Shown here one piece after another: positions 10,610-19,588 of a stretch of DNA of 32,000 nucleotides. Every line of letters begins with the position of its first letter. The stretch's first letter is position 1. Source of the stretch: Wigglesworthia glossinidia endosymbiont of Glossina brevipalpis (GTDB lineage Bacteria > Pseudomonadota > Gammaproteobacteria > Enterobacterales > Enterobacteriaceae); assembly GCA_000008885.1 (NCBI GenBank), contig BA000021.3:450001-482000 (forward strand), written 5' to 3'. The position numbers and the translations under genes were made by a program. The notes under the pieces were generated by a model. It had not been told where the DNA came from. It did not search any database and saw only the letters and a list, made by a program, of their open reading frames with translations.

Positions 10610-11284
10610 GTGTTTATGTTTGAATTATTTAAAGCGGTTGGTTTAGGTTTAATGGTGCTTCTGCCGTTAGTAAATCCATTGACAACAGTAGCTTTGTTTT
10701 TAAGCTTAAGCAAAAATATGACATCAGATGAAAGAAACCAACAAGCAAGAATGGCATCAATATATGTTTTTTCTATTATGATGGTTACTTTTTACGCTGG
10801 AACAGTTGTGATGAGTACTTTCGGAATTTCTATACCAGGCTTAAGAATTGCTGGCGGTTTAATTGTATCCTTTATAGGATTTAGAATGTTATTTTCTATA
10901 TCTTCAGAAGAAGAGCCTAATTTTAAAAAGGGACAAATTATAAAAAATTTTAAAAATAAAACAGCAAATATTGCTTTTATTCCATTAGCAATGCCAAGTA
11001 CAGCTGGCCCTGGAACAATTGCTATGATCATAAGTTGGGTTTCTACTGTAAATGAAGATGTTTATTTTTCTTCTTGGATTACAGACCTAGCCCCGATTTT
11101 AGTATTTTTAACCATTAGCATAATAGTTTGGATTGCTTTGCGTAGTTCAAGTGCTATTATGCATGTAATAGGTTCTAGCGGAATTGAAGCTATTTCTAGA
11201 CTTATGGGTTTCTTGTTGGTTTGCATGGGAGTTCAATTTGTTATTAATGGAGTGATAGAAGTAATTTCAGATTATGGTGTTTAA
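10610..11284 (+). CDS. marC: MarC-family integral membrane protein (NAAT/UPF0056)
   Basis: ORF of 224 aa: [102 protein letters not shown]; closely resembles enterobacterial MarC. Confidence 0.92.
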   Translation: MFMFELFKAVGLGLMVLLPLVNPLTTVALFLSLSKNMTSDERNQQARMASIYVFSIMMVTFYAGTVVMSTFGISIPGLRIAGGLIVSFIGFRMLFSISSEEEPNFKKGQIIKNFKNKTANIAFIPLAMPSTAGPGTIAMIISWVSTVNEDVYFSSWITDLAPILVFLTISIIVWIALRSSSAIMHVIGSSGIEAISRLMGFLLVCMGVQFVINGVIEVISDYGV

Positions 11285-11468
11285 TTTTTGAGTTTAAAAA
11301 TTTTTTACAATAAATTTGATGTATTTGTTTTTATTAAATATTATAATGATTAAATAAGATTTAAAAATTATTCAAAATAAAAAATATTTTATTTTTAATA
11401 TTTTTTAGTATTTAATTTTATTAATTCAAAAATATGAATTTAATAAAATATTTATAAGGTTAAAATAA

Positions 11469-13511
11469 ATGATAAATTTTTTAAAAAAAAACGACTTACC
11501 TAAATTTTCTTTAATCAAAGAGAATGATATAATTAAAATTATTGAAAGCGCAATAAAGAAATGTAAAAACTCTATTAATACAATTGTTTCTAAAAACAAT
11601 TTATTTTCTTGGGATAATTTATGTCAACCAATATCAGAATTAGATAATTATTTAAACAAAATTTGGTCTCCAATATCTAATTTGTATTTAACTTGTAATA
11701 CAATAGATTTAAGAAAATCATACGAAAAAAGTTTAATTTTAATATCAGAATATAGCACTTGGGTAGGTCAAAATAAAAAATTATATAAAGCTTTTTGTTC
11801 ATTAAAAAAAAGTAGTAATTATTTAAATTTAAATATAGATCAAAAAAAACATATAGATAATATTATATTGGATTTTAAATTATCTGGAATTAATTTAGAA
11901 AAAGACGAAAAAATACAATATTCTAATATAATAAAAGAATTATCTTCTATTAGCACAAATTTTAATAATAATATATTAGATTCTAACAAAATATGGAACA
12001 AACACATTACATGTAAAGAAGAATTAAATGGGATTCCTAAAGATGTTGTTGATTTAGCCAGAGAAAATGCAAAAAAAAATGGAAAAAAAGGATGGATATT
12101 TAATTTAGATTACAATACATATTCATCAATAATTAATTATTGTGAAAATGAAAATTTAAGAAAAGAAATATATTATGCATATCATACTAGAGCTTCAGAT
12201 CAAAATAAATTTTTTAAAAATCTAAACAATGGGCCATTGATACAAAGAATACTATTATTAAAATCTAAATTGTCTAAATTGTTAGGTTTTAAAAATTATG
12301 CAGAAAAATCTTTAGTAAATAAAATGGCTGAATCTATAGATTCAGTAGAACAATTTATATATAACTTATATGAATGTGTAAAAAAATCTGGATTAAAAGA
12401 AATAAAAAATTTACACAAATTTGCAAAAGAAAAATATAATTTTAAAAAATTAAATCCGTGGGATATGTCTTTTTTTAGCGAAAAACAAAAAAAATTTTAT
12501 TTTTTTATAAATGAAGAAAAATTAAGAGAGTTTTTCCCAGAAGATCAAGTTTTAATAGGACTATTTAATATAGTAAATTGTATTTATGGTATTGAAATTA
12601 TAGAAAATAAAAACATAGAAGTATGGAATCCAGAAGTAAAATTTTTTGAAATTTATGATAAAAACAAAAACTATATTGGAGGATTTTATTTAGATTTGTA
12701 TTCTAGAAAAAACAAAAAAGACGGAGCATGGATGGATTCTTATTCTAGCAGAATGTTATTGTCTAATGGAGAAATAGAAAAACCAATATCTTATATTATA
12801 TGTAATTTTAGAAAAATAAAAAAATTTAATAAAAATTTATTATTACACAGAGAAGTATTAACTCTTTTCCATGAGTTTGGCCATAATCTTCATCATGTTT
12901 TAACTAGAATAAATTCTTTTGGAGTATCTGGAATAAATGGTGTTCCTTGGGATGTAGTAGAATTTCCTAGCCAATTAATGGAAAATTATTGTTGGGACAA
13001 AAAATCTATTAAATTAATTTCAAAGCATTATAAAAGCGAAAAGTCGTTGACAGATGAAACAATTCAAAACCTTATAAAAACAAAAAATTATCAATTTAGT
13101 TTATTTGTATTACGGCAAATTGAATTTTCTTTGTTTGATTTAAAAATACATACTTTACCATATGATGAAATAAAAAATAAAAATAAAATATTAGATGTTC
13201 TTGATAAAATAAGAAAAGAAATATCAGTATTTCCAAGATGTAATTGGGAAAGATTTCCTAATACCTTTAGTCATATATTTTCTGGAGGATATTCTGCTGG
13301 GTATTATAGTTATTTATGGTCTAGCACTATGGCAATAGATGCTTGGTCAAAATTTAAAGAAATTGGAATATTAAACGAAAAAGTAGGAAAATTATTTTTA
13401 GATAACATTTTATCTAAAGGTGGATCAGAAGATCCTTTAGTATTGTTTTCTAGGTTCAGAGGAAGAAAACCTAAAATATCTCATTTTATTAAATATTATG
13501 GAATAAGATAA
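11469..13511 (+). CDS. prlC: Oligopeptidase A (M3 family zinc metallopeptidase)
   Basis: ORF of 680 aa: zinc motif LFHEFGHNLHHVL, GINGVPWDVVEFPSQLMENYCW, FSGGYSAGYYSYLWS. Confidence 0.96.
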   Translation: MINFLKKNDLPKFSLIKENDIIKIIESAIKKCKNSINTIVSKNNLFSWDNLCQPISELDNYLNKIWSPISNLYLTCNTIDLRKSYEKSLILISEYSTWVGQNKKLYKAFCSLKKSSNYLNLNIDQKKHIDNIILDFKLSGINLEKDEKIQYSNIIKELSSISTNFNNNILDSNKIWNKHITCKEELNGIPKDVVDLARENAKKNGKKGWIFNLDYNTYSSIINYCENENLRKEIYYAYHTRASDQNKFFKNLNNGPLIQRILLLKSKLSKLLGFKNYAEKSLVNKMAESIDSVEQFIYNLYECVKKSGLKEIKNLHKFAKEKYNFKKLNPWDMSFFSEKQKKFYFFINEEKLREFFPEDQVLIGLFNIVNCIYGIEIIENKNIEVWNPEVKFFEIYDKNKNYIGGFYLDLYSRKNKKDGAWMDSYSSRMLLSNGEIEKPISYIICNFRKIKKFNKNLLLHREVLTLFHEFGHNLHHVLTRINSFGVSGINGVPWDVVEFPSQLMENYCWDKKSIKLISKHYKSEKSLTDETIQNLIKTKNYQFSLFVLRQIEFSLFDLKIHTLPYDEIKNKNKILDVLDKIRKEISVFPRCNWERFPNTFSHIFSGGYSAGYYSYLWSSTMAIDAWSKFKEIGILNEKVGKLFLDNILSKGGSEDPLVLFSRFRGRKPKISHFIKYYGIR

Positions 13512-13526
13512 ATATTTTTTAATATT

Positions 13527-15016
13527 TTATTTATTTTTTTTCCAATATATCAATAAAGCTCTACAATTTAATTTTATTTTTCCTAAATAAGAAACAAAAA
13601 CTCCTAATGCAGAAATGAAATTTTTGTTATAAAACAGCAAAGGAGTTCTTTTCCTTTCCCAAGGAGGAACAGAAAATTCTTTGAATAATTTTTTAATTGT
13701 TTTTCTTTTAGAAAATTTATTAACTCTAATTAAGTCAGTAAAATATTTAAATCTAAATGATAAATCATCATTTTTATTAGGCATATTAACTATAGTTATA
13801 GATATTTTTTTTTCTAACAAATAAATAATATCCATAGTTTTACTGTAAAACTCATCTTTTTCATATAATTTAAATTTATTAAAAAAATAAATTTTTTTTT
13901 ATTGTTGTAATAAAAAAAATTTATTTTTTTAATAAAATTTTCATTAATCATAATAGGCTTTGTAATTAAAGTTCCTAAATCATATGGTAAAACAATTTTT
14001 TTAGAATGATTCAAAGATGTTTTAAAAATTATATTTTTTAGATGATTTTTTGAATAAATAGGGATAAAATATAAATTTTTTTTAAACCTTTTAATTATAT
14101 TGTTATTTATTTTTATTTCTGCTTTAGAATCTTTTTTACTAATTATAACATTTTTCCAAATATGTTTTAATTGGCTTAAAGATGGCATTTTAAAATTATT
14201 TAAACAAAACCATTTTCTTAAAATAGCAAATCTTTTTATCTCACTCATTTTAAATAGTTCAATAAATTTAAGAGATTTATCTTTTTCAACTAAACTATTT
14301 AAAGTATCTTTTAAAAGTTCATTTAATAATTTTTCTTGATCAAAACACAATTTTGCACTTCTAGATATAGTATTTCCTATGTTAGGCCAACGTTTTTTTA
14401 ACAAAGGAATTATCTCAGATCGTAAGAAATTTCTATCAAATTTAATATTTAAATTACTTTTATCATCTATCCAATTTAAATTATGTTTAATAGCATATAA
14501 TTTGATATCCTCTTTTTTACAATGTAAAAGCGGCCTTTTTATTATATGAGAATCAAACTTTTTAATTGATTGCATCCCAGAAATCCCTCTAGGCCCACTT
14601 CCTCTTTTTAAAGATAATAATATAGTTTCTATTTGATCATCTTGATGATGTGCCGTAATAAGAACTTCTTCAGGATTTAAATCAGAAAATAAAGCTTTAT
14701 ACCTTTCTCTCCTTGCAGAAGATTCTATCCCTTCAGAAAAATCAGAAATAAAAATATTAATAGATTTAAAAAAAACTTTATATTTTAAACATTGATCATG
14801 ACAATGATTAGACCAATACTTAGATTCTTTGCAAATATTATGATTTATATAAACAGCTCTAAATTTAAAAATTTTTTTAAAAAAATTATTGTTGTTCTTA
14901 ATTTTTTTTATATATAATGATATCATATGTAATAAAACAGTAGAATCTAATCCTCCACTAAAAGCCAACACATAAGATTTTTTATATGAAATCTCTTTAA
15001 AAAATTTTTTTAACAT
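13527..15016 (-). CDS. tilS: tRNA(Ile)-lysidine synthase, interrupted by a single-nucleotide frame disruption near a poly(A) tract (+ strand T9, 13892-13900)
   Basis: The N-terminal ORF (13814-15016) carries the PP-loop SYVLAFSGGLDSTVLLHM and HHQDDQIETILLSLKRGSGPRG. The separate ORF 13527-13835 carries the TilS C-terminal domain signature KLFKEFSVPPWERKRTPLLFYNKNFISALGVFV. A +1 A correction in the A9 tract joins them: ...YYNNKKKIYFFNKFKLYEKDEFYSKTMDIIYLLEKK.... Confidence 0.9.
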
Positions 15017-15081
15017 AATTAAAATTAATTTATATAATAAAGTTAATTAAAATAAAATAATTTATTTTAAAACTTAAAATT

Positions 15082-15744
15082 ATGGATGATATGAAAAATT
15101 ATAAATATGAATTTATTAAATATGCAATAAAAAATCAAGCATTAAAGTTTGGTAAATTCAAATTAAAATCTGGAAGAATTAGTCCATATTTTTTCGATAT
15201 GGGAAGTTTTAACAATGGAAAGGATTTATTATTTTTAGGAAAAATATATTCATATATTTTATCAAAAAAAGAACTTTGTTTTGACATGATATTTGGACTT
15301 TCCTATAAAGGAATTTCTATCGCAATATCAAGTGTAATATTTTTAAAAAATTTTTATAATAAAAATATTTCTTTTTGTTTTAATAGAAAAGAACATAAAA
15401 ACTATGGAGAAAAAGGTTTAATTATAGGAAAAAAACCATCAGGAAATATAATTTTAATGGATGATGTAATTACATCTGGTTCAACTATTTATGAAATTGA
15501 AAAAATAATAGATTGTAAAAAGGTTAATATAAAAGGAGTAGTAATTGCATTAGACAGGGAGGAAAAGGGTTTAGGAGATATATCTGCAACAAAAAATATA
15601 GAAAATTATTTTAACTTTAAAGTTATATCTATAATAACAGTTACTGATATAATTAATTTTTTGATAAAAAAAGAAAATATTTTAGAAAAAAAATCAAATT
15701 TGATAAAATCAATTAAATCTTACAAGAAATATTACGGAATTTAA
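15082..15744 (+). CDS. pyrE: Orotate phosphoribosyltransferase
   Basis: ORF of 220 aa: ALKFGKFKLKSGRISPYFFDMG, FGLSYKGISIAISS, FNRKEHKNYGEKGLIIG, IILMDDVITSGSTI (PRPP-binding motif). Confidence 0.97.
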   Translation: MDDMKNYKYEFIKYAIKNQALKFGKFKLKSGRISPYFFDMGSFNNGKDLLFLGKIYSYILSKKELCFDMIFGLSYKGISIAISSVIFLKNFYNKNISFCFNRKEHKNYGEKGLIIGKKPSGNIILMDDVITSGSTIYEIEKIIDCKKVNIKGVVIALDREEKGLGDISATKNIENYFNFKVISIITVTDIINFLIKKENILEKKSNLIKSIKSYKKYYGI

Positions 15745-16202
15745 TTTTTACCAGAGTGACCAAATCCCATATCTTTTCTATTAGTAATTTTAACAAATTT
15801 ATTTACTATATTCCATTCAATTTGAATTAATGGAACAAAAATTATTTGTGCTATTCTATCTCCTATTGATATTAAAAAGTTCTTATTACTTCTATTTAGC
15901 ATAGATATCATAATAGGACCTTGATAGTCTGAATCAATCAATCCAATTGTATTGCTTAGTATTATTCCATATTTATGAGACAACCCCGATCTTGGTAAAA
16001 TTAAACCAGAAATTTTCTGATCTGAAATATCTATAGATACTCCAGTAGAAATTAATACAGTTTCATTAGGATTTAAATTTATTTCTTTATCAATGCATGC
16101 TCTAAGATCCATTCCTGAAGAACCATCAGTGAAATATTTTGGTAAAAAAAATTCTTTACCAAATCTTTTGTCTAAAATTCTTATATTAACTTTTTTTTTC
16201 AT
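15741..16202 (-). CDS. dut: Deoxyuridine 5'-triphosphate nucleotidohydrolase
   Basis: ORF track starts at 16238; the likelier start is the internal ATG at 16202 (MKKKVNIRILD...). Motifs: DGSSGMDLRACI, ILPRSGLSHKYGIILSNTIGLIDSDYQGPI, GDRIAQIIFVP, C-terminal RKDMGFGHSG. Confidence 0.95.
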   Translation of the reverse strand: MKKKVNIRILDKRFGKEFFLPKYFTDGSSGMDLRACIDKEINLNPNETVLISTGVSIDISDQKISGLILPRSGLSHKYGIILSNTIGLIDSDYQGPIMISMLNRSNKNFLISIGDRIAQIIFVPLIQIEWNIVNKFVKITNRKDMGFGHSGKN

Positions 16203-17400
16203 AAAAAATAATAATTTGATGTAATAATTTTTTTGCAAGAGATAACTTGTTATTTATAGACAACATCATACTTCCTGTTTTCCAAAATAAATGAAGAGCG
16301 TTATAGTTGCTATTAAATCCTTGATTTGGTTTTGACACATCATTAGCACAAATCAGATCTATATTCTTTTTTATCCTTTTTTCTTTAGCATATTTTCCTA
16401 TCTTTTCCGTATCAGCAGAAAAACCCACTATATATGGCCTATTCTTTTTTAAAGAAGCTACTTCGGATATAATATCAGGATTTTTTACTAATTTTAAGCA
16501 TAATTTGTTATTTTTTTGTTTTTTAATTTTCTTTCTAGATATTTTTTCTAATCTATAATCAGTAATTGCTGCACAACAAATAAAAATATCTTGATTTTTT
16601 ACTAACGACATTACTGCATCTTTCATTTCTATTGCACTTTTTATATTGATTTTTTTAAAAATTCCATCTGGAGTAGATATTTTAACTGGGCCAGATATTA
16701 ATGTAACTTGATATCCTACATCTATTGCAGCTTTAACTATAGCAAATCCCATTTTCCCTGAACTATAATTACTAATAAATCTAACTGGATCTATTAATTC
16801 TATAGTTGGTCCTGCTGTAACCATGATTTTTAAATTTTTAACATTATTAAAACCTGATTTAAAATAATTTGTTATAAGTTTAACTAATTTACTTATTTTA
16901 ATCATTCTCCCAAAGCCTTTGTCTCCACATATTTGATTTCCATAATCTGGACCCCAAAATATAACACCTCTATTATTTAGTTTTTTTAAGTTATCCTGAG
17001 TAGACGGTGCTAAATACATATTTTTATTCATCACTGGAGATATAGCTATAGGAGACGATGTTGCTAAACAAATAGCGCTTAATAAATCATTAGTAATTCC
17101 AGAAGATAATTTTGCTAATAAATTTGCAGTTGCTGGAGCTAAAACTATTATATCTGGCCATTTAGAAATTTTAATATGATCAATCATTTTGTTATATAAA
17201 AAATCAGAATCAATAAATACTTGATGTCCAGATATTATTTTTAAACTCAAAGGGGTAACGAACGCTTGTGCAGATTTAGTCATAACAACACGTACTATTG
17301 CTCCTTTTTTTTTCAGTTGTTGTATTAACTCTAATGACTTATACGCAGCAATGCTTCCGCTAATCCCTAAAAGAATATTTTTATTAAATAGTTCTTTCAT
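16186..17400 (-). CDS. coaBC: Bifunctional phosphopantothenoylcysteine decarboxylase / phosphopantothenate-cysteine ligase
   Basis: ORF of 404 aa: ILLGISGSIAAYKSLELIQQLKKKGAIVRVVMTKSAQAFV, SPVMNKNMY, MVTAGPTIELIDPVRFISNYSSGKMGFAIVKAAIDVGYQVTLISGP. Confidence 0.97.
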   Translation of the reverse strand: MKELFNKNILLGISGSIAAYKSLELIQQLKKKGAIVRVVMTKSAQAFVTPLSLKIISGHQVFIDSDFLYNKMIDHIKISKWPDIIVLAPATANLLAKLSSGITNDLLSAICLATSSPIAISPVMNKNMYLAPSTQDNLKKLNNRGVIFWGPDYGNQICGDKGFGRMIKISKLVKLITNYFKSGFNNVKNLKIMVTAGPTIELIDPVRFISNYSSGKMGFAIVKAAIDVGYQVTLISGPVKISTPDGIFKKINIKSAIEMKDAVMSLVKNQDIFICCAAITDYRLEKISRKKIKKQKNNKLCLKLVKNPDIISEVASLKKNRPYIVGFSADTEKIGKYAKEKRIKKNIDLICANDVSKPNQGFNSNYNALHLFWKTGSMMLSINNKLSLAKKLLHQIIIFYEKKS

Positions 17401-17679
17401 TTATAAATTTTAATAATATGTTGTATTTTTATGATAAAATTAATAAAATTTATTTTATTAAGAAATTAAAAATTTAATTTTTTTATGAAATAAAATAAAT
17501 ATTTTTTTAAACATAATTATTTTTTATTAAATAAAAAAAATATTTAAAAATTTTATCATTATTTACAATAAATAAATTTTTATTTTATAACAAATTAAAT
17601 TTTTTATAAAATTAAAAACAACATAATAACATATGTTTTTTTTATAAAAATTATTTAATTTAAACAAAAGGTGTACACT

Positions 17680-17916
17680 ATGTCTAGAATTTGCCAAATA
17701 ACTGGGAAAAAACCGCTAAGCGGAAATAAAAGATCTCATTCTATGAATGCAAAAAAAAGAAAATTTTTTCCTAATTTGCATAATCATAGATTTTGGTTAG
17801 ATAAGGAAAAAAAATTTATTAACCTTCGTATATCTAAACAAGGTTTGCGATTAATAGATAAATATGGTATAAAGAAAGTAATGGAAAAAATAAAAATAAA
17901 ATATAAAAATGTCTAA
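17680..17916 (+). CDS. rpmB: 50S ribosomal protein L28
   Basis: [39 protein letters not shown]. The ORF track extends three codons upstream from a GTG at 17671; the ATG at 17680 is the conserved start. Confidence 0.97.
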   Translation: MSRICQITGKKPLSGNKRSHSMNAKKRKFFPNLHNHRFWLDKEKKFINLRISKQGLRLIDKYGIKKVMEKIKIKYKNV

Positions 17917-18076
17917 ATCTAAAAGAGAAGTTATAAAATTAATATCTTCAGCAGGTACAAAACATTTCTACACTACGACTAAAAACAAAAGCCATAATTT
18001 AAAAAAAATAAAACTAAAAAAATTTGACCCAGTAATAAAGAAACATGTAATTTATAATGAAGCAAAATTAAAATAA
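17909..18076 (+). CDS. rpmG: 50S ribosomal protein L33
   Basis: Not in the ORF track (short). Direct translation gives [55 protein letters not shown] (55 aa), overlapping the rpmB stop by 8 nt. Confidence 0.96.
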   Translation: MSKSKREVIKLISSAGTKHFYTTTKNKSHNLKKIKLKKFDPVIKKHVIYNEAKLK

Positions 18077-18086
18077 AATTTTTTTA

Positions 18087-18275
18087 TTATTGTTTTTCTA
18101 TAAGACCCTGCTCTATTTCTCTTAAAGCAATTACTGTATATTTGTCGTTTTCTTTATCTACCATCGGTGATTTACCAAAAATTTGCATTTCTCTTGCTCT
18201 TTGAGATGCAACTAATACTAAATCAAATCTATTTCCAATTTTTTCTACAGCATCTTGAACTGTAATTCTTGCCAT
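18087..18275 (-). CDS. rpoZ: RNA polymerase omega subunit, C-terminally shortened
   Basis: ORF of 62 aa: [62 protein letters not shown]; two consecutive TAA stops follow. Confidence 0.95.
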   Translation of the reverse strand: MARITVQDAVEKIGNRFDLVLVASQRAREMQIFGKSPMVDKENDKYTVIALREIEQGLIEKQ

Positions 18276-18325
18276 ATAAAATAATTTATTTGAAATAACT
18301 ATAATTAAAATTTATATTAATTTAA

Positions 18326-18949
18326 TTATTTTTTCAATAGTTTTTTTATGGTTTCGTTTATTTTATCAATTTGATTTATTGCTTTTTTGTTTTTTGAAAT
18401 AATAATTGTTTTTATTTTATTTAATGTATTATTAAAATCTCTATTTATTAAAATGAAATCGTATTTATTGTAGTTTAAAATATCTTTTTTGTATTTATAA
18501 AATCTTTTGTTTAGTTCAAATTCATTTGAATTATATCTATTATATAATCTTTTTAATAAATCTAATTTAGAAGGAGGAAGTATAAAAATACTTATTAATT
18601 TTGGAATAAACTCTTTTATTTTTTTTACACCTTTATAATTAACATCAAAAAACAAACTAAAATTACTTTTTATTTTATTTTTTACTTCTTTAAATGAAGT
18701 ACCATAATAATTATTAAAAGAATATGTATATTCAATAAATTTTTTTTCAAAAATCATTTTTTTAAATTTTTCTTTTGATATAAAAAAATAATCTTTTCCT
18801 TCAATTTCTTCTGATCTAATATTACGAGTAGTATGTGATATTGATAATCTAAAATTCATTCCCAAATTAGTATTTAAAAAAGTTTTAATTAAGCTGGATT
18901 TTCCAGTTCCGCTCGGAGCAGATATTGCATAATACATGTTTTTTTTCAT
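18326..18949 (-). CDS. gmk: Guanylate kinase
   Basis: ORF of 207 aa: YYAISAPSGTGKSSLIKTFL (P-loop), SISHTTRNIRSEEIEGKDYFFISKEKF. Confidence 0.96.
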   Translation of the reverse strand: MKKNMYYAISAPSGTGKSSLIKTFLNTNLGMNFRLSISHTTRNIRSEEIEGKDYFFISKEKFKKMIFEKKFIEYTYSFNNYYGTSFKEVKNKIKSNFSLFFDVNYKGVKKIKEFIPKLISIFILPPSKLDLLKRLYNRYNSNEFELNKRFYKYKKDILNYNKYDFILINRDFNNTLNKIKTIIISKNKKAINQIDKINETIKKLLKK

Positions 18950-19018
18950 ATATGAAATTGATTTATGTAAAAATTTTTATTTTAATTATTTTTTTATAAA
19001 TTTTTTATATTTAATTTT

Positions 19019-19054
19019 TACGAGCGTTCATGCGTTACAACATTACCGCTCGTA
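19019..19054. other. Isolated GC-rich perfect inverted repeat, 8-bp arms (TACGAGCG ... CGCTCGTA) with 20-nt spacer, between gmk and the MarR-family gene
   Basis: Read directly: arms at 19019-19026 and 19047-19054, in otherwise strongly AT-rich intergenic DNA. Confidence 0.6.
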
Positions 19055-19162
19055 TATATTAAAACAAGAAAAGCATTTTTAAGTAAAATTAAAAATTTTT
19101 TAAAAAAATATAAATAAATTGAATTTTTATAAAAAATATTAAATTTTAATTTTTTTAAATAA

Positions 19163-19588
19163 TTATTGCTTTATAGATTCTAAAGTATTGCATACTTCTT
19201 TAAATTGTTCTAGTTGAATTGAAGATAATGGAGAAAAAATACGATCTAAGATTATTTTATGCGCATGTTCAGCAATTTTTAGTTTTTCTAATCCTTTTTC
19301 TGTAATATATACATATTTTACTCTTCTATCTGTTGGGCTTTGTTGTCTTTTTAACATCTCTTCTTTTTCTAATGCATCCAAAACAGTTACTACTGTACGA
19401 GATGAAAATCCCATATAGTTTTTAATGTCAGTAGCGCTAGTTTTTCCAGTTGTAATAAGATGCAGTATTTTCATTTTAGACATTGATAAACCTTCTGTAA
19501 CTAACTGTCCATTTACTTCTTTTCTTAAGCGATGATAAATACGTGATAAAGATTCTACCATAACTGATATATCGGTTAATTTATTCAT
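19163..19588 (-). CDS. MarR-family transcriptional regulator
   Basis: ORF of 141 aa with winged-helix pattern LSMSKMKILHLITTGKTSATDIKNYMGFSSRTVVTVLDALEKEEMLKRQQSPTDRRVKYVYITEKG. Confidence 0.88.
   Translation of the reverse strand: MNKLTDISVMVESLSRIYHRLRKEVNGQLVTEGLSMSKMKILHLITTGKTSATDIKNYMGFSSRTVVTVLDALEKEEMLKRQQSPTDRRVKYVYITEKGLEKLKIAEHAHKIILDRIFSPLSSIQLEQFKEVCNTLESIKQ

Noticed and set aside
10792-11031. Antisense ORF within marC
   Set aside because: Overlaps the highly conserved marC coding region; no family resemblance.
10610-11284. marC and the MarR-family gene as a recently acquired mobile resistance cassette
   Set aside because: They are 8 kb apart, no mobile-element hallmarks flank either, and MarC closely resembles enterobacterial MarC, so vertical retention is simpler.
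13527-13835. Separate small novel protein adjacent to tilS
   Set aside because: The translation is the TilS C-terminal domain, in an adjacent frame of the same gene.
14100-14339. Antisense ORF within tilS
   Set aside because: Shadow ORF with low-complexity hydrophobic translation.
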